The position numbers and the translations under genes are program-made. From positions 5,459 to 69,458 of the forward strand of contig CANFSY010000001.1 in NCBI GenBank assembly GCA_947449875.1: DNA of 64,000 nucleotides, given 5' to 3'. Origin of the DNA: Paracoccaceae bacterium. Its GTDB lineage: Bacteria; Pseudomonadota; Alphaproteobacteria; Rhodobacterales; Rhodobacteraceae. Numbering within the stretch: position 1 is the stretch's first letter; every line of letters begins with the position of its first letter. Positions 26,804 through 35,852 of this stretch are shown piece after piece. Below the pieces are notes generated by a model. The model was not told where the DNA came from and searched no databases. It worked only from the letters and a program-made list of their open reading frames with translations.

Positions 26804-28006
26804 CTATTCCGCCGCGATTTGATCGCCCTCGGTCAAGGCTGAAATCACGCGCGGTTGCGCCATAAAGCGGCGGGCGGCTTCGCCGGACAGATAGGTCAGC
26901 GCGCCGTTGCAAATGGTCGCCTCGATCTTGCGGCTTTCGGCGTCGATCACCACCAGATCAGCACGGCGGCCCGGTTCCAGACGGCCACGGTCGGTCATGC
27001 GCAAAATCTCGGCGGGGTTAGACGACACCAGCGCCCAAGCTTTCGGCAGACTTAGAACGCCGCGATCCACCAGCGCCCACACGGCTAAGGGTAGCGCGGG
27101 CACGTGGTAATCTGACACCAAGGCATCGCACAGCCCCGCCGCCACCAGATCGGTGGCCGAGGCGTTGCCCGCCTGACTTTGCCCGCGCACCACATTCGGC
27201 GCGCCCATGATAACCGGGCTGAACATGGCGTGCGCAGCCGCTGCGGCGCGGTGGGTCAGTGGAAATTCGGCGACAGTGGCCCCAATCATGCGGAACTTTT
27301 CGCGCGTCTCGCCGTCAGGGTCGTCATGGCTGCCGTAAACCACGCCCATGGCGTCAAACGCCTCGGCCAAGCGGCACAGGCTGCGGGCAACTTCGCCCTT
27401 GGAATCCAGCGCGACCTGAATGGCTTCGGCCAGCTCTTCGGGCGTCTTGCCGATACGCCGCGCCCAATGGTCAAACTGGGCGGGGGCCAGACGCGACATC
27501 TGAAAGCCCTCTTCCAGATGGTCGTTAAACACCACATAGCCCACGCCAAACCGCTTGACCGTGTCGATCAGACGCTGGGTTTCGCCGACCAGATGGGTTT
27601 CGGCACGGATTTGCACGCGCAAATCGGTCATCATCTGCGGGCGGTAGGCCTGAACGGCGGCCAAAACCGCCTCGCAATGATCCGGCCCGCGCTGCGCGCC
27701 TTCCCAGCTCCAGCTTTGGGCGAGGTAGGCGGTTGTCACCCCGTGAGACGCCGCCTCGCGGTCGAATGAGGCAAGGCCAGCCCCCAACGGAAAGGGGGCC
27801 GTGGGGCGGGGGGACATGTGGTGTTCAAAGCCGTCGCCGTGCAGGTCGATGATCCCGGGCAGGATCAAAAAGCCGCGCAGATCAACTTCGGGCAAAGGGC
27901 CGCGTGTCAGCCGACCATCGGCCAAGCCGACAGAGCGCGCTTGCATTTCGCCGTCGCGCAAAATCTGCGCGCCCGTCAGGCGCAGGGGGGGAAGAAAGGC
28001 CGACAT
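26804..28006 (-). CDS. phnM: PhnM-like amidohydrolase (second paralogue)
   Basis: 'LPGIIDLHGD', 'FNDH', 'GSHDD', 'AEFP', 'MGAPNVVRG', 'LVSDY'. Confidence 0.82.
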   Translation of the reverse strand: MSAFLPPLRLTGAQILRDGEMQARSVGLADGRLTRGPLPEVDLRGFLILPGIIDLHGDGFEHHMSPRPTAPFPLGAGLASFDREAASHGVTTAYLAQSWSWEGAQRGPDHCEAVLAAVQAYRPQMMTDLRVQIRAETHLVGETQRLIDTVKRFGVGYVVFNDHLEEGFQMSRLAPAQFDHWARRIGKTPEELAEAIQVALDSKGEVARSLCRLAEAFDAMGVVYGSHDDPDGETREKFRMIGATVAEFPLTHRAAAAAHAMFSPVIMGAPNVVRGQSQAGNASATDLVAAGLCDALVSDYHVPALPLAVWALVDRGVLSLPKAWALVSSNPAEILRMTDRGRLEPGRRADLVVIDAESRKIEATICNGALTYLSGEAARRFMAQPRVISALTEGDQIAAE

Positions 28007-28068
28007 CACACCATCCATCACAAGGGATTCTTGCTGCCTACCGACTTTGGGCAACAAAAACGTGACAG

Positions 28069-28779
28069 TTAATCCGGAACCACCGTTAAAGTGACGCGGT
28101 CGCCTGCAAACCACGATGTGCCAAATTCCACGGGCCGCCCGTCAGGATCAACGTTGATCGTGACTGACCGCAGCAAAGGCGCACCTTGGGGGATTTGCAA
28201 ATGCCCCGCTTGCACCGCATTGGCCAATTTCGCCGTCAGCCGTGTCAGCGCGCGGGTGTAATCGGCCACGCCGGCATGGGCCAAAGCCGCCGTGATCGAC
28301 CCAAACTGCGCCATGTCTTGCGCAAAGTCGGGAAACCGCAGCGCGGGCAGAACGGATCGAAACAGGCCGATCGGCACGCCGTCCGCCAAAGAGACCCCCT
28401 CGATCAGATGCACCAAAGCAGACGGGGGCAGGGCCAGCGCCTCGGCCTCGTCGGCGCTGGCGGGGCGGATTTCGCTGCGCAGCAAGCGGCGTGACGGGGT
28501 GCGCCCGCTGGCCAGCACGTTTTGGGTGAAGCGCACCCGTCGCCCCAGCGGATATTCGGTCGGCACCGAGGTGACAAACACCCCCGCGCCGCGCCGTGGC
28601 TGCACCAAGCCCGCCTCGGCCAAGGCCCCCAGCGCGCGGCGCACCGTGTGGCGGTTGACGCCAAAGCGCAGCGCCAACTGCGCCTCGGTCGGCAGTTTGG
28701 TGCCTTGGGCATAGGTGCCGGCTGCGATCTCTGCCGTCAGGTCTGCGGCGATGGAGGACCAGATCGGCGTGCGGGGCAT
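28069..28779 (-). CDS. phnF: GntR/HutC-family phosphonate regulator
   Basis: 'LPTEAQLALRFGVNRHTVRRAL' HTH plus UTRA domain, divergent from phnG. Confidence 0.93.
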   Translation of the reverse strand: MPRTPIWSSIAADLTAEIAAGTYAQGTKLPTEAQLALRFGVNRHTVRRALGALAEAGLVQPRRGAGVFVTSVPTEYPLGRRVRFTQNVLASGRTPSRRLLRSEIRPASADEAEALALPPSALVHLIEGVSLADGVPIGLFRSVLPALRFPDFAQDMAQFGSITAALAHAGVADYTRALTRLTAKLANAVQAGHLQIPQGAPLLRSVTINVDPDGRPVEFGTSWFAGDRVTLTVVPD

Positions 28780-28854
28780 GTGTTACACAATCTTCACTGG
28801 CGTTTCGGGGCAGGGGCGGCTAAGACTTGTCTAGTTGTATAGTGTACTGGACAA
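28780..28854. promoter_or_regulatory. phnF/phnG divergent control region with Pho-box-like site and probable PhnF operator
   Basis: GTGTTAC-acaa-TCTTCAC (28780-28797). Inverted repeat TTGTCTAGT...ACTGGACAA (28827-28854, one mismatch). Confidence 0.55.
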
Positions 28855-28877
28855 CTTCTCAAGATGTCGGAACAGAA

Positions 28878-29327
28878 ATGAACGCGCTTTGCTTTGATAC
28901 CGCCGCCCGCAAGGCGTGGATGGGCCTTTTGGCCCGCAGTTCGCCCGCTCGGCTGGGCGAACTGCTGACAGACCTGCCCGAGCATACCGTTTTGCGCGGC
29001 CCCGAAGTGGGGGCTGTGATGGTGCGCGGGCGGGTGGGTGGCACGGGTCAACCGTTCAACTTGGGCGAGATGACGGTGACGCGCTGTTCTGTCCGCCTGT
29101 CTGACGGTGCTGTGGGCCATGCCCATGTGCAAGGCCGCGACAAGGCCCATGCCCGCCGCGCCGCCGTGCTGGACGCTTTGCTGCAAACCCCCGCCGCTGC
29201 GGGGTATGAGGCGCAAGTCCTTACGCCCCTGCGGCAAGAGGAAACCGCCGCCCGCGCCCTGCGTGCCGCCAAAGCGGCGGCGACCAAGGTGGAATTCTTC
29301 ACCCTCGTGCGCGGAGAAGACAAATGA
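28878..29327 (+). CDS. phnG: C-P lyase subunit PhnG
   Basis: 'PEVGAVMVRGR...FNLGEMTVTRC', 'ATKVEFFTLVRGED'. Confidence 0.95.
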   Translation: MNALCFDTAARKAWMGLLARSSPARLGELLTDLPEHTVLRGPEVGAVMVRGRVGGTGQPFNLGEMTVTRCSVRLSDGAVGHAHVQGRDKAHARRAAVLDALLQTPAAAGYEAQVLTPLRQEETAARALRAAKAAATKVEFFTLVRGEDK

Positions 29328-29893
29328 CCCCCGAGGCTTTGCTAGGTGGCTTCACCGACGCGCCGCGCCAATCCGCCCGCGCCTTTCGCGCCGCGCTTGA
29401 GGCTATGGCCCGCCCCGGCACGGTGTGGGCGGTTGACGGTGCCACCCCGCCCGCCCCCCTGTCCGTCGCGGCTGGTGTGCTGATTTTAACGCTGTGCGAT
29501 GGCACCACGCCGCTGCATCTGGGCCGGTCTTACGATCTGCCCGTGGTGCGCGATTGGGTGACGTTTCACACCGGCGCGCCCTTGGTTGCGGCCAAGGATG
29601 CGCACTTTGCGTGCGGCACTTGGGCCGATCTGATGCCCGTCGATCGCTTTGCCATAGGCCTTCCCGATTACCCCGACCGCGCGGCGACCCTGATCGTGGA
29701 GATGCCCGCGCTGACCACCCAAGGCCAGCGCCTGACGGGGCCGGGGATAGCCACAGCGGCCCATCTAGGCCTTCCCGAAACAGCCGCCTTTCGCGCCAAC
29801 CGCGCCCTGTTTCCGCAGGGGTTTGATACCTACCTCACCTGCGGCGACCAAGTGGCCGGTCTGCCGCGCAGCACGATTGTGGAGGCTGTCTGA
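29324..29893 (+). CDS. phnH: C-P lyase subunit PhnH
   Basis: 'FRAALEAMARPG', 'FHTGAP', 'YPDRAATLI', 'LTGPGI', 'GLPRS'. Confidence 0.95.
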   Translation: MTPEALLGGFTDAPRQSARAFRAALEAMARPGTVWAVDGATPPAPLSVAAGVLILTLCDGTTPLHLGRSYDLPVVRDWVTFHTGAPLVAAKDAHFACGTWADLMPVDRFAIGLPDYPDRAATLIVEMPALTTQGQRLTGPGIATAAHLGLPETAAFRANRALFPQGFDTYLTCGDQVAGLPRSTIVEAV

Positions 29894-30975
29894 TGTATGT
29901 AGCCGTCAAAGGGGGCGAAAAGGCGATTGATGCGGCCCACGCGTGGCTGGCCGAAGAACGGCGCGGCGATACGTCGGTGGCCGAACTGTCGGTGGCGCAG
30001 ATTCGCCAGCAACTGACCTTGGCCGTCAACCGCGTGATGGCCGAAGGCTCGCTCTACGACCCCGACTTGGCCGCTTTGGCGATCAAACAAGCGCGCGGCG
30101 ATCTGATCGAAGCGATCTTTCTGATCCGCGCTTACCGCACGACTTTGCCGCGCTTGGGCGTCTCGACCCCCGTAGAAACCGCGCAAATGGCGGTGTGCCG
30201 CCGCATTTCGGCAACGTTCAAAGACCTGCCCGGTGGGCAGATTTTGGGGCCGACCTTTGATTACACCCACCGCCTGTTAGATTTCAAACTCGCCGCCGAG
30301 GGCGAGGTGCCAGCCGCCCCCACCGCCCCTGCGGGTCAAGACGCCGTGCCCCATGTGACAACGATGCTCAACCGCGACGGGTTGATCCAGACCGAAGCCG
30401 AAGGCAATGCCACTCCGCCTGACTTGACGCGCGAACCGATGGAACTGCCCACCTCGCGCCCGCTGCGCCTGCAAGCGATCACGCGCGGGGATGAGGGGTT
30501 TATCCTGTCAATGGCCTATTCCACCCAACGCGGCTATGGCCGCACCCATGCCTTTGTCGGCGAATTGCGCATCGGCACGGTGGCCGTGGAAATGGACATC
30601 CCCGAACTGGGCTTTTCGGTCGAGATTGGCGAGGTTGAGCTGACCGAATGCGAAACGGTCAACCAGTTCAAGGGGTCAAAAACCGAACCCCCGCAGTTCA
30701 CCCGTGGCTACGGTTTGGTCTTTGGCCAGACCGAGCGTAAGGCGATTGCCATGTCATTGGTTGACCGCGCTTTGCGCTGGAAAGAGTTGGGCGAGGATAA
30801 CACAGGCGCCCCCGCACAGGATGAAGAATTCGTTCTGATGCACGCCGACAACATCCAAGCCACCGGCTTTTTGGAACATATCAAACTGCCGCACTATGTG
30901 GATTTTCAGGCCGAGTTGGAACTGGTGCGCAAACTGCGGCGCGAAGCCTTGGCCCAAGCGGAGGCCGCAGAATGA
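29893..30975 (+). CDS. phnI: C-P lyase subunit PhnI
   Basis: 'MYVAVKGGEKAI', 'GPTFDYTHRLLDF', 'HIKLPHYVDFQ'. Confidence 0.97.
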   Translation: MYVAVKGGEKAIDAAHAWLAEERRGDTSVAELSVAQIRQQLTLAVNRVMAEGSLYDPDLAALAIKQARGDLIEAIFLIRAYRTTLPRLGVSTPVETAQMAVCRRISATFKDLPGGQILGPTFDYTHRLLDFKLAAEGEVPAAPTAPAGQDAVPHVTTMLNRDGLIQTEAEGNATPPDLTREPMELPTSRPLRLQAITRGDEGFILSMAYSTQRGYGRTHAFVGELRIGTVAVEMDIPELGFSVEIGEVELTECETVNQFKGSKTEPPQFTRGYGLVFGQTERKAIAMSLVDRALRWKELGEDNTGAPAQDEEFVLMHADNIQATGFLEHIKLPHYVDFQAELELVRKLRREALAQAEAAE

Positions 30976-31856
30976 CCGACCAAACCGCCTATAACTTTGC
31001 GTATCTTGATGAACAAACCAAGCGCATGATCCGCCGCGCCATCCTGAAAGGGGTCGCCATCCCCGGCTATCAGGTGCCCTTTGCCAGCCGCGAAATGCCC
31101 ATGCCTTATGGCTGGGGCACGGGCGGGGTGCAGGTGACCGCCGCCTGCCTTGTGCCCGAAGACCGCCTGAAGGTGATCGACCAAGGGGCCGATGACACGA
31201 CCAACGCCGTTTCGATCCGCCGCTTTTTCCAGCGCACCGCAGGGGTTGCTGTGACAGAAGCCACAGCAGAGGCGAGCGTCATTCAAACCCGCCACCGCAT
31301 TCCCGAAACGCCCCTGACCGAGGGGCAGATTTTGGTCTATCAGGTGCCAATCCCCGAACCCCTGCGCTTTTTGGAACCGCGCGAAACCGAAACGCGCAAG
31401 ATGCACGAGTTGGAAGATTACGGCCTGATGCATGTCAAGCTGTACGAGGATATCTCGCGCCACGGGCAGATCGCCACGGCCTATGACTACCCCGTCAAGG
31501 TCGAGGGGCGCTATGTGATGGACCCTTCGCCCATTCCCAAATTCGACAACCCCAAACTGGGGGGCAATGCTGCGATCCAACTGTTTGGCGCGGGCCGCGA
31601 ACAGCGCATTTATGCGCTGCCGCCCTATACCCAAGCGATCTCGTTGGATTTTGACGATTACCCCTTTGCGGCGTCGAAAGCCGATCACGCCTGCGATCTG
31701 TGCGCTGCGCCCGACAGTTACCTTGACGAGGTGATCACCGACGACCAAGGCAGCCGGATGTTTGTCTGCTCGGACACCGACTTTTGCGCCAGCCGCCGTG
31801 CGGCGGGGCATAGCGGCCCGATGGGTACGCCAAGCGCCGGGGCTGATGAAGAATGA
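30972..31856 (+). CDS. phnJ: C-P lyase radical subunit PhnJ
   Basis: 'YNFAYLDEQTKRMIRRA', 'GWGTGG', and the four-Cys motif 'CDLC...CSDTDFC'. Confidence 0.97.
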   Translation: MTDQTAYNFAYLDEQTKRMIRRAILKGVAIPGYQVPFASREMPMPYGWGTGGVQVTAACLVPEDRLKVIDQGADDTTNAVSIRRFFQRTAGVAVTEATAEASVIQTRHRIPETPLTEGQILVYQVPIPEPLRFLEPRETETRKMHELEDYGLMHVKLYEDISRHGQIATAYDYPVKVEGRYVMDPSPIPKFDNPKLGGNAAIQLFGAGREQRIYALPPYTQAISLDFDDYPFAASKADHACDLCAAPDSYLDEVITDDQGSRMFVCSDTDFCASRRAAGHSGPMGTPSAGADEE

Positions 31857-32644
31857 GTATTTTGGCCAAGATGAAAATGCAGCCCTTGCTGTCGGTGCGC
31901 GATCTGTCCAAGTTTTACGGCGGCCGGATCGGCTGTGCGGATGTAGGCTTTGATCTCTACCCCGGCGAGGTCTTGGGCATTGTCGGCGAAAGCGGGTCGG
32001 GCAAATCGACGCTGCTGTCGTGTCTTGCAGGCCATCTGCCCCCCGACCGCGGCGAGGTGATCTTTGACACCCGTGAAGGCCCCCGTGACACCGTACAAAT
32101 GGCCGAGGCCGCGCGGCGGCGCTTGGCGCGCACCGATTGGGCCTATGTGCACCAAAACCCGCGCGACGGGTTGCGCATGGGGGTTTCGGCGGGCGGGAAT
32201 GTGGGCGAAAGGCTGATGGCCGTGGGCGCGCGGCATTATGGCCAAATCCGCGAACAGGCGGTGGATTGGCTGGGCCGCGTGGAAATCGCCGCTGATCGGG
32301 TCGATGACCGCCCCAGCGCCTTTTCCGGCGGCATGCAGCAACGTTTGCAAATCGCGCGCAATCTTGTCACCGGCCCCCGCCTTGTGTTCATGGATGAACC
32401 CACCGGCGGGCTTGATGTCAGCGTTCAGGCGCGCTTGCTGGATTTGCTGCGCGGTCTGGTGCGCGAGATGGGGCTTTCAGCGATCATCGTCACGCACGAT
32501 CTGGCCGTGGTGCGGTTGCTGGCCGACCGCTTGATGGTGATGAAGGGGGGCTATGTGGTGGAACAGGGCCTGACCGATCAGGTGCTGGACGATCCGCAGC
32601 ACGCCTATACCCAGCTTTTGGTCTCTTCGGTTTTGCAGGTGTGA
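31853..32644 (+). CDS. phnK: C-P lyase ATPase PhnK
   Basis: GESGSGKS, 'FSGGMQQRLQIARNL', 'QVLDDPQHAYTQLLVSS'. Confidence 0.96.
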   Translation: MSILAKMKMQPLLSVRDLSKFYGGRIGCADVGFDLYPGEVLGIVGESGSGKSTLLSCLAGHLPPDRGEVIFDTREGPRDTVQMAEAARRRLARTDWAYVHQNPRDGLRMGVSAGGNVGERLMAVGARHYGQIREQAVDWLGRVEIAADRVDDRPSAFSGGMQQRLQIARNLVTGPRLVFMDEPTGGLDVSVQARLLDLLRGLVREMGLSAIIVTHDLAVVRLLADRLMVMKGGYVVEQGLTDQVLDDPQHAYTQLLVSSVLQV

Positions 32645-32645
32645 T

Positions 32646-33329
32646 GTGATCACGATTTCCAACCTTTCCAAAAGCTTCACCCTGCACAACCAAGGGGCGG
32701 CAGTAATTCCGGTGATGGCTGGGGCCAATCTGTCGGTGGCACCGGGCGAATGCCTTGGGCTTGTCGGGGCATCGGGGTCGGGCAAATCCACCTTGATGCG
32801 GATGATCTGGGGCAATTATCTGGCGGCGGCGGGCTCTATCATGGTGGGCGATGTTGATGTGGCCAAAGCCGCCCCGCGTGAGATCATCGCCCTGCGGCGG
32901 GGCACTTTGGGCTATGTCAGCCAGTTCTTGCGCGTGGTCCCCCGTGTGCCCACGGTTGAGGTGGTGGCCGAACCGCTGCTGACGCTGGGGGTTGCGGCCG
33001 ATGAAGCGCGTGCGCGGGCCATGGCCCTTTTGGCGCAACTGAACATCCCCGAACGGCTTTGGTCGCTTTCGCCCACCACCTTTTCGGGCGGCGAGCAACA
33101 GCGCGTCAACATCGCACGGGGCTTTGTCCATCCCTATCCGGCTTTGTTGCTGGATGAACCCACCGCCAGCCTTGACCTTATCAACCGCGAGGTGGTCTTG
33201 ACCCTGATCGAGGCCGCAAAGGCAAGGGGAGCCGCGATCATCGGAATTTTCCATGATGAACAGGCGCGCGCACGCCTGTGTGACCGTCTGGTCGATGTCA
33301 CCCAATTCACCCCGGGGATGGCGCAATGA
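32646..33329 (+). CDS. phnL: C-P lyase ATPase PhnL
   Basis: 'KSFTLHNQG', 'YVSQFLRVVPRV', 'FSGGEQQRVNIARG', 'GIFHD'. Confidence 0.96.
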   Translation: MITISNLSKSFTLHNQGAAVIPVMAGANLSVAPGECLGLVGASGSGKSTLMRMIWGNYLAAAGSIMVGDVDVAKAAPREIIALRRGTLGYVSQFLRVVPRVPTVEVVAEPLLTLGVAADEARARAMALLAQLNIPERLWSLSPTTFSGGEQQRVNIARGFVHPYPALLLDEPTASLDLINREVVLTLIEAAKARGAAIIGIFHDEQARARLCDRLVDVTQFTPGMAQ

Positions 33330-33871
33330 ACGGCAGGGTCTTTGCTGTGGTCGGCCCGTCAGGTGCCGGCAAAGACACTTTGCTGGCAGGGGCTATGGCG
33401 CAATCCCCCACGCTGCACTGGGCGCGCCGTGTGATCACAAGGCCGCAGGTTGCAGGCGACGAGCCCTTTGAAGGGGTCAGCCCGCAAGAGTTTGACGGTT
33501 TAAGCCATGCCGGTGCCTTTGCGCTGGAATGGCCCGCCCACGGCCTGCGCTACGGCATCCGCAAGACCGAGTTTGCCAGTTTGGCACAGGGGCGCGATGT
33601 GGTCTTTAACGGATCACGCGCAGCCCTGCCTTTGGCTTTGGCGCAGTTTCCCAGCCTGACCGTGCTGCGCATCTCGGCCCCGTCCAAGGTGCTGGCCGAA
33701 CGTTTGGCCGCACGGGGCCGCGAAACCATGGCCGAGATCGAGGCCCGCTTGGCCCGCGCCTCTTACGAGGTGCCCGAAGGCCTGCCCGTGATCGACATCG
33801 CCAACGACTCCACGCCTGCTGTTGGCATCGCGCGGCTTCTGGCAGCGCTTCAGGCCAAAGCGGTGCGGTGA
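33326..33871 (+). CDS. phnN: Ribose 1,5-bisphosphokinase
   Basis: 'VVGPSGAGKDTL', 'RRVITR', 'AHGLRYGI', 'NGSR'. Confidence 0.95.
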   Translation: MNGRVFAVVGPSGAGKDTLLAGAMAQSPTLHWARRVITRPQVAGDEPFEGVSPQEFDGLSHAGAFALEWPAHGLRYGIRKTEFASLAQGRDVVFNGSRAALPLALAQFPSLTVLRISAPSKVLAERLAARGRETMAEIEARLARASYEVPEGLPVIDIANDSTPAVGIARLLAALQAKAVR

Positions 33872-34527
33872 AGCAGATGAAAGCGGCCATCCTCTGCCTC
33901 GCCAAACAGGCACAGCGCGCTGATGCGGAAGGGCTGCGGCAGGTGCGGCGCGAAATGGGCTTTGGCCAAGGGCAAAAGGGCGGCGTGGTCTTCAGGCGAC
34001 AGATGGTTAGAAAGCGTCAGATGGAAGCGGAATTCTTCCATGACATAGGGATAGCCGTAACGGTCAAGCAAGTCGCGTTGGCGGGGCGTCAGACGGTCTG
34101 GCCTGCGGCGGGCGATGTCAGCCTCGGTCAGGGGGGCGCGGAGATGGTCAAGGTCGGCCACAACCCGCGCAGCCAGATCGCAAAGGCTGGTTTGATCGCC
34201 TTGCGGGATCAGCGCCAAGAACCCCTCAAGATCCAGCATGTGCAATCCGGGCATCGTCACAGCCGGCAGCGTTTGGGCCATCTGCGCCATAGCGGCCAGC
34301 AGGTCATCGACACGGGCCCCCTGCGCCAGCCGGAACGGCGCCTTGATCGTGCCATGAAAGCCGTATTTGCGCGGATCAGCCGTCATCGCGGCCAGATCAA
34401 GCCCCAGATCAGGCTGCGCGACAGCGCGGCCCGTGGCCGGATCCCAGCCCAGCCAAGCGGCAGCGGCTTGGGCAAAGCCACCCTCTTCGGGCGCATAATA
34501 GACGGCGTAGCGTTTCATCTTGTCCAT
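33850..34527 (-). CDS. DUF1045 protein (2H-phosphoesterase-like)
   Basis: 'RYAVYYAP', 'PRKYGFHGTIKAPF', 'YGYPYVMEEFRFHLTL', giving two HxT motifs. Confidence 0.88.
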   Translation of the reverse strand: MDKMKRYAVYYAPEEGGFAQAAAAWLGWDPATGRAVAQPDLGLDLAAMTADPRKYGFHGTIKAPFRLAQGARVDDLLAAMAQMAQTLPAVTMPGLHMLDLEGFLALIPQGDQTSLCDLAARVVADLDHLRAPLTEADIARRRPDRLTPRQRDLLDRYGYPYVMEEFRFHLTLSNHLSPEDHAALLPLAKAHFAPHLPQPFRISALCLFGEAEDGRFHLLHRTALA

Positions 34528-34547
34528 GTGGCCCCGCCTAACGTGAT

Positions 34548-34569
34548 TTTGTCACATCTGTGTGACAAA
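34548..34569. promoter_or_regulatory. Perfect inverted repeat of Pho-like half-sites between divergent DUF1045 and phnM
   Basis: TTTGTCACA-tctg-TGTGACAAA. Confidence 0.6.
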
Positions 34570-34609
34570 GCACTGGCAGGGCTGCAAGGCCCCCTAACCT
34601 GAAAGCCCC

Positions 34610-35755
34610 ATGATGTCGGAAACCATCCTTGCCAATGCCACGCTTGTTCTGCCGCAAGAGGTGATCACAGGCGCGCTGCGCCTGTCGGGCGGCGTGATTG
34701 CGGCGATTGAGACAGGTGCCCATGTGACGCAGGGGGCCGAGGATTGCGGCGGCGATCTGGTCATGCCCGGCCTGATCGAACTGCACACCGACAATCTGGA
34801 ACGCCATATCGAACCGCGCCCCAAGGTACAATTTCCCCATGCCAGCGCCATTCTGGCCCATGATGGCGAACTCGCCTCAACCGGGATCACGACCGTGTTT
34901 GATGCGCTGCGGGTCGGCTCGATAGTGTCAAAAGACAAGGCCAGCTACGGCGAATATGCCCGCCTTTTGGCCAACGAAATCATCGCCATGCGCCATACCG
35001 GCGCGCTGCGGATCACCCATCTGTTGCACCTGCGCGCCGAGGTGTGTTCAGAAACACTCATCGCCGAACTGGCCAAGTTCGGCCCGCAAGACGGCATCGG
35101 CATCGTCAGCCTGATGGACCATACCCCCGGCCAACGCCAGTTTCGCAATTTGGACCAGTTGCGCAACTACGTGCGCGGCAAACATGGCCTGAGCGAGGAC
35201 GAATTCCTGCACCATGTCGCCAGCCAACAGGCGATATCGGACCGTTTGGGTGCGCAGCACGAAGCCGCCGCCGTGGCCGAAGCCCGCCGCTTCGGCGCGG
35301 TATTGGCGAGCCATGATGACACAACCGCCGGGCAGGTCGCCACATCGGCGCGGCACGGGGCGACCTTTGCTGAATTTCCCACCACGGTTGAGGCGGCACA
35401 GGAATGCCGCGCGCGCGGCATCCATGTGATGATGGGCGCACCCAATCTGATCAGGGGTGGGTCACATTCCGGCAATGTGGCCGCTAAGGATCTGGCACAT
35501 ATGGATCTTTTGGATATTTTGTCATCCGACTATATGCCCTCGGCCCTGCTTTCGGCGGCGTTGATGCTGGGCGATCAATGGGGCGATCTGCCGCGCGGGG
35601 TGGCCACAGTCACCTCTGCGCCCGCGCGGGCCACGGGCTTGGCCGATCGCGGCAGCTTGGCGCTGGGCTTGCGGGCGGATGTGATCCGTGTGGCACGTGT
35701 GGGCAAAGCGGCCGCGGTGCGCGGGGTTTGGGTGGGTGGGCGCAGGGTCGGCTGA
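34610..35755 (+). CDS. phnM: Alpha-D-ribose 1-methylphosphonate 5-triphosphate diphosphatase
   Basis: 'PGLIELHTDNLERH', 'MDHTPGQRQF', 'ASHDD', 'MGAPNLIRGGSHSGN', 'LSSDY'. Confidence 0.96.
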   Translation: MMSETILANATLVLPQEVITGALRLSGGVIAAIETGAHVTQGAEDCGGDLVMPGLIELHTDNLERHIEPRPKVQFPHASAILAHDGELASTGITTVFDALRVGSIVSKDKASYGEYARLLANEIIAMRHTGALRITHLLHLRAEVCSETLIAELAKFGPQDGIGIVSLMDHTPGQRQFRNLDQLRNYVRGKHGLSEDEFLHHVASQQAISDRLGAQHEAAAVAEARRFGAVLASHDDTTAGQVATSARHGATFAEFPTTVEAAQECRARGIHVMMGAPNLIRGGSHSGNVAAKDLAHMDLLDILSSDYMPSALLSAALMLGDQWGDLPRGVATVTSAPARATGLADRGSLALGLRADVIRVARVGKAAAVRGVWVGGRRVG

Positions 35756-35852
35756 GCATTGACACTGGACCTGCGGCCCGATCTGGGGCACAGTATTCCG
35801 GTTCGTTCGGATAGGCTGCACATTTTTGCGGCTCATTGTATTGAAAGCATTC

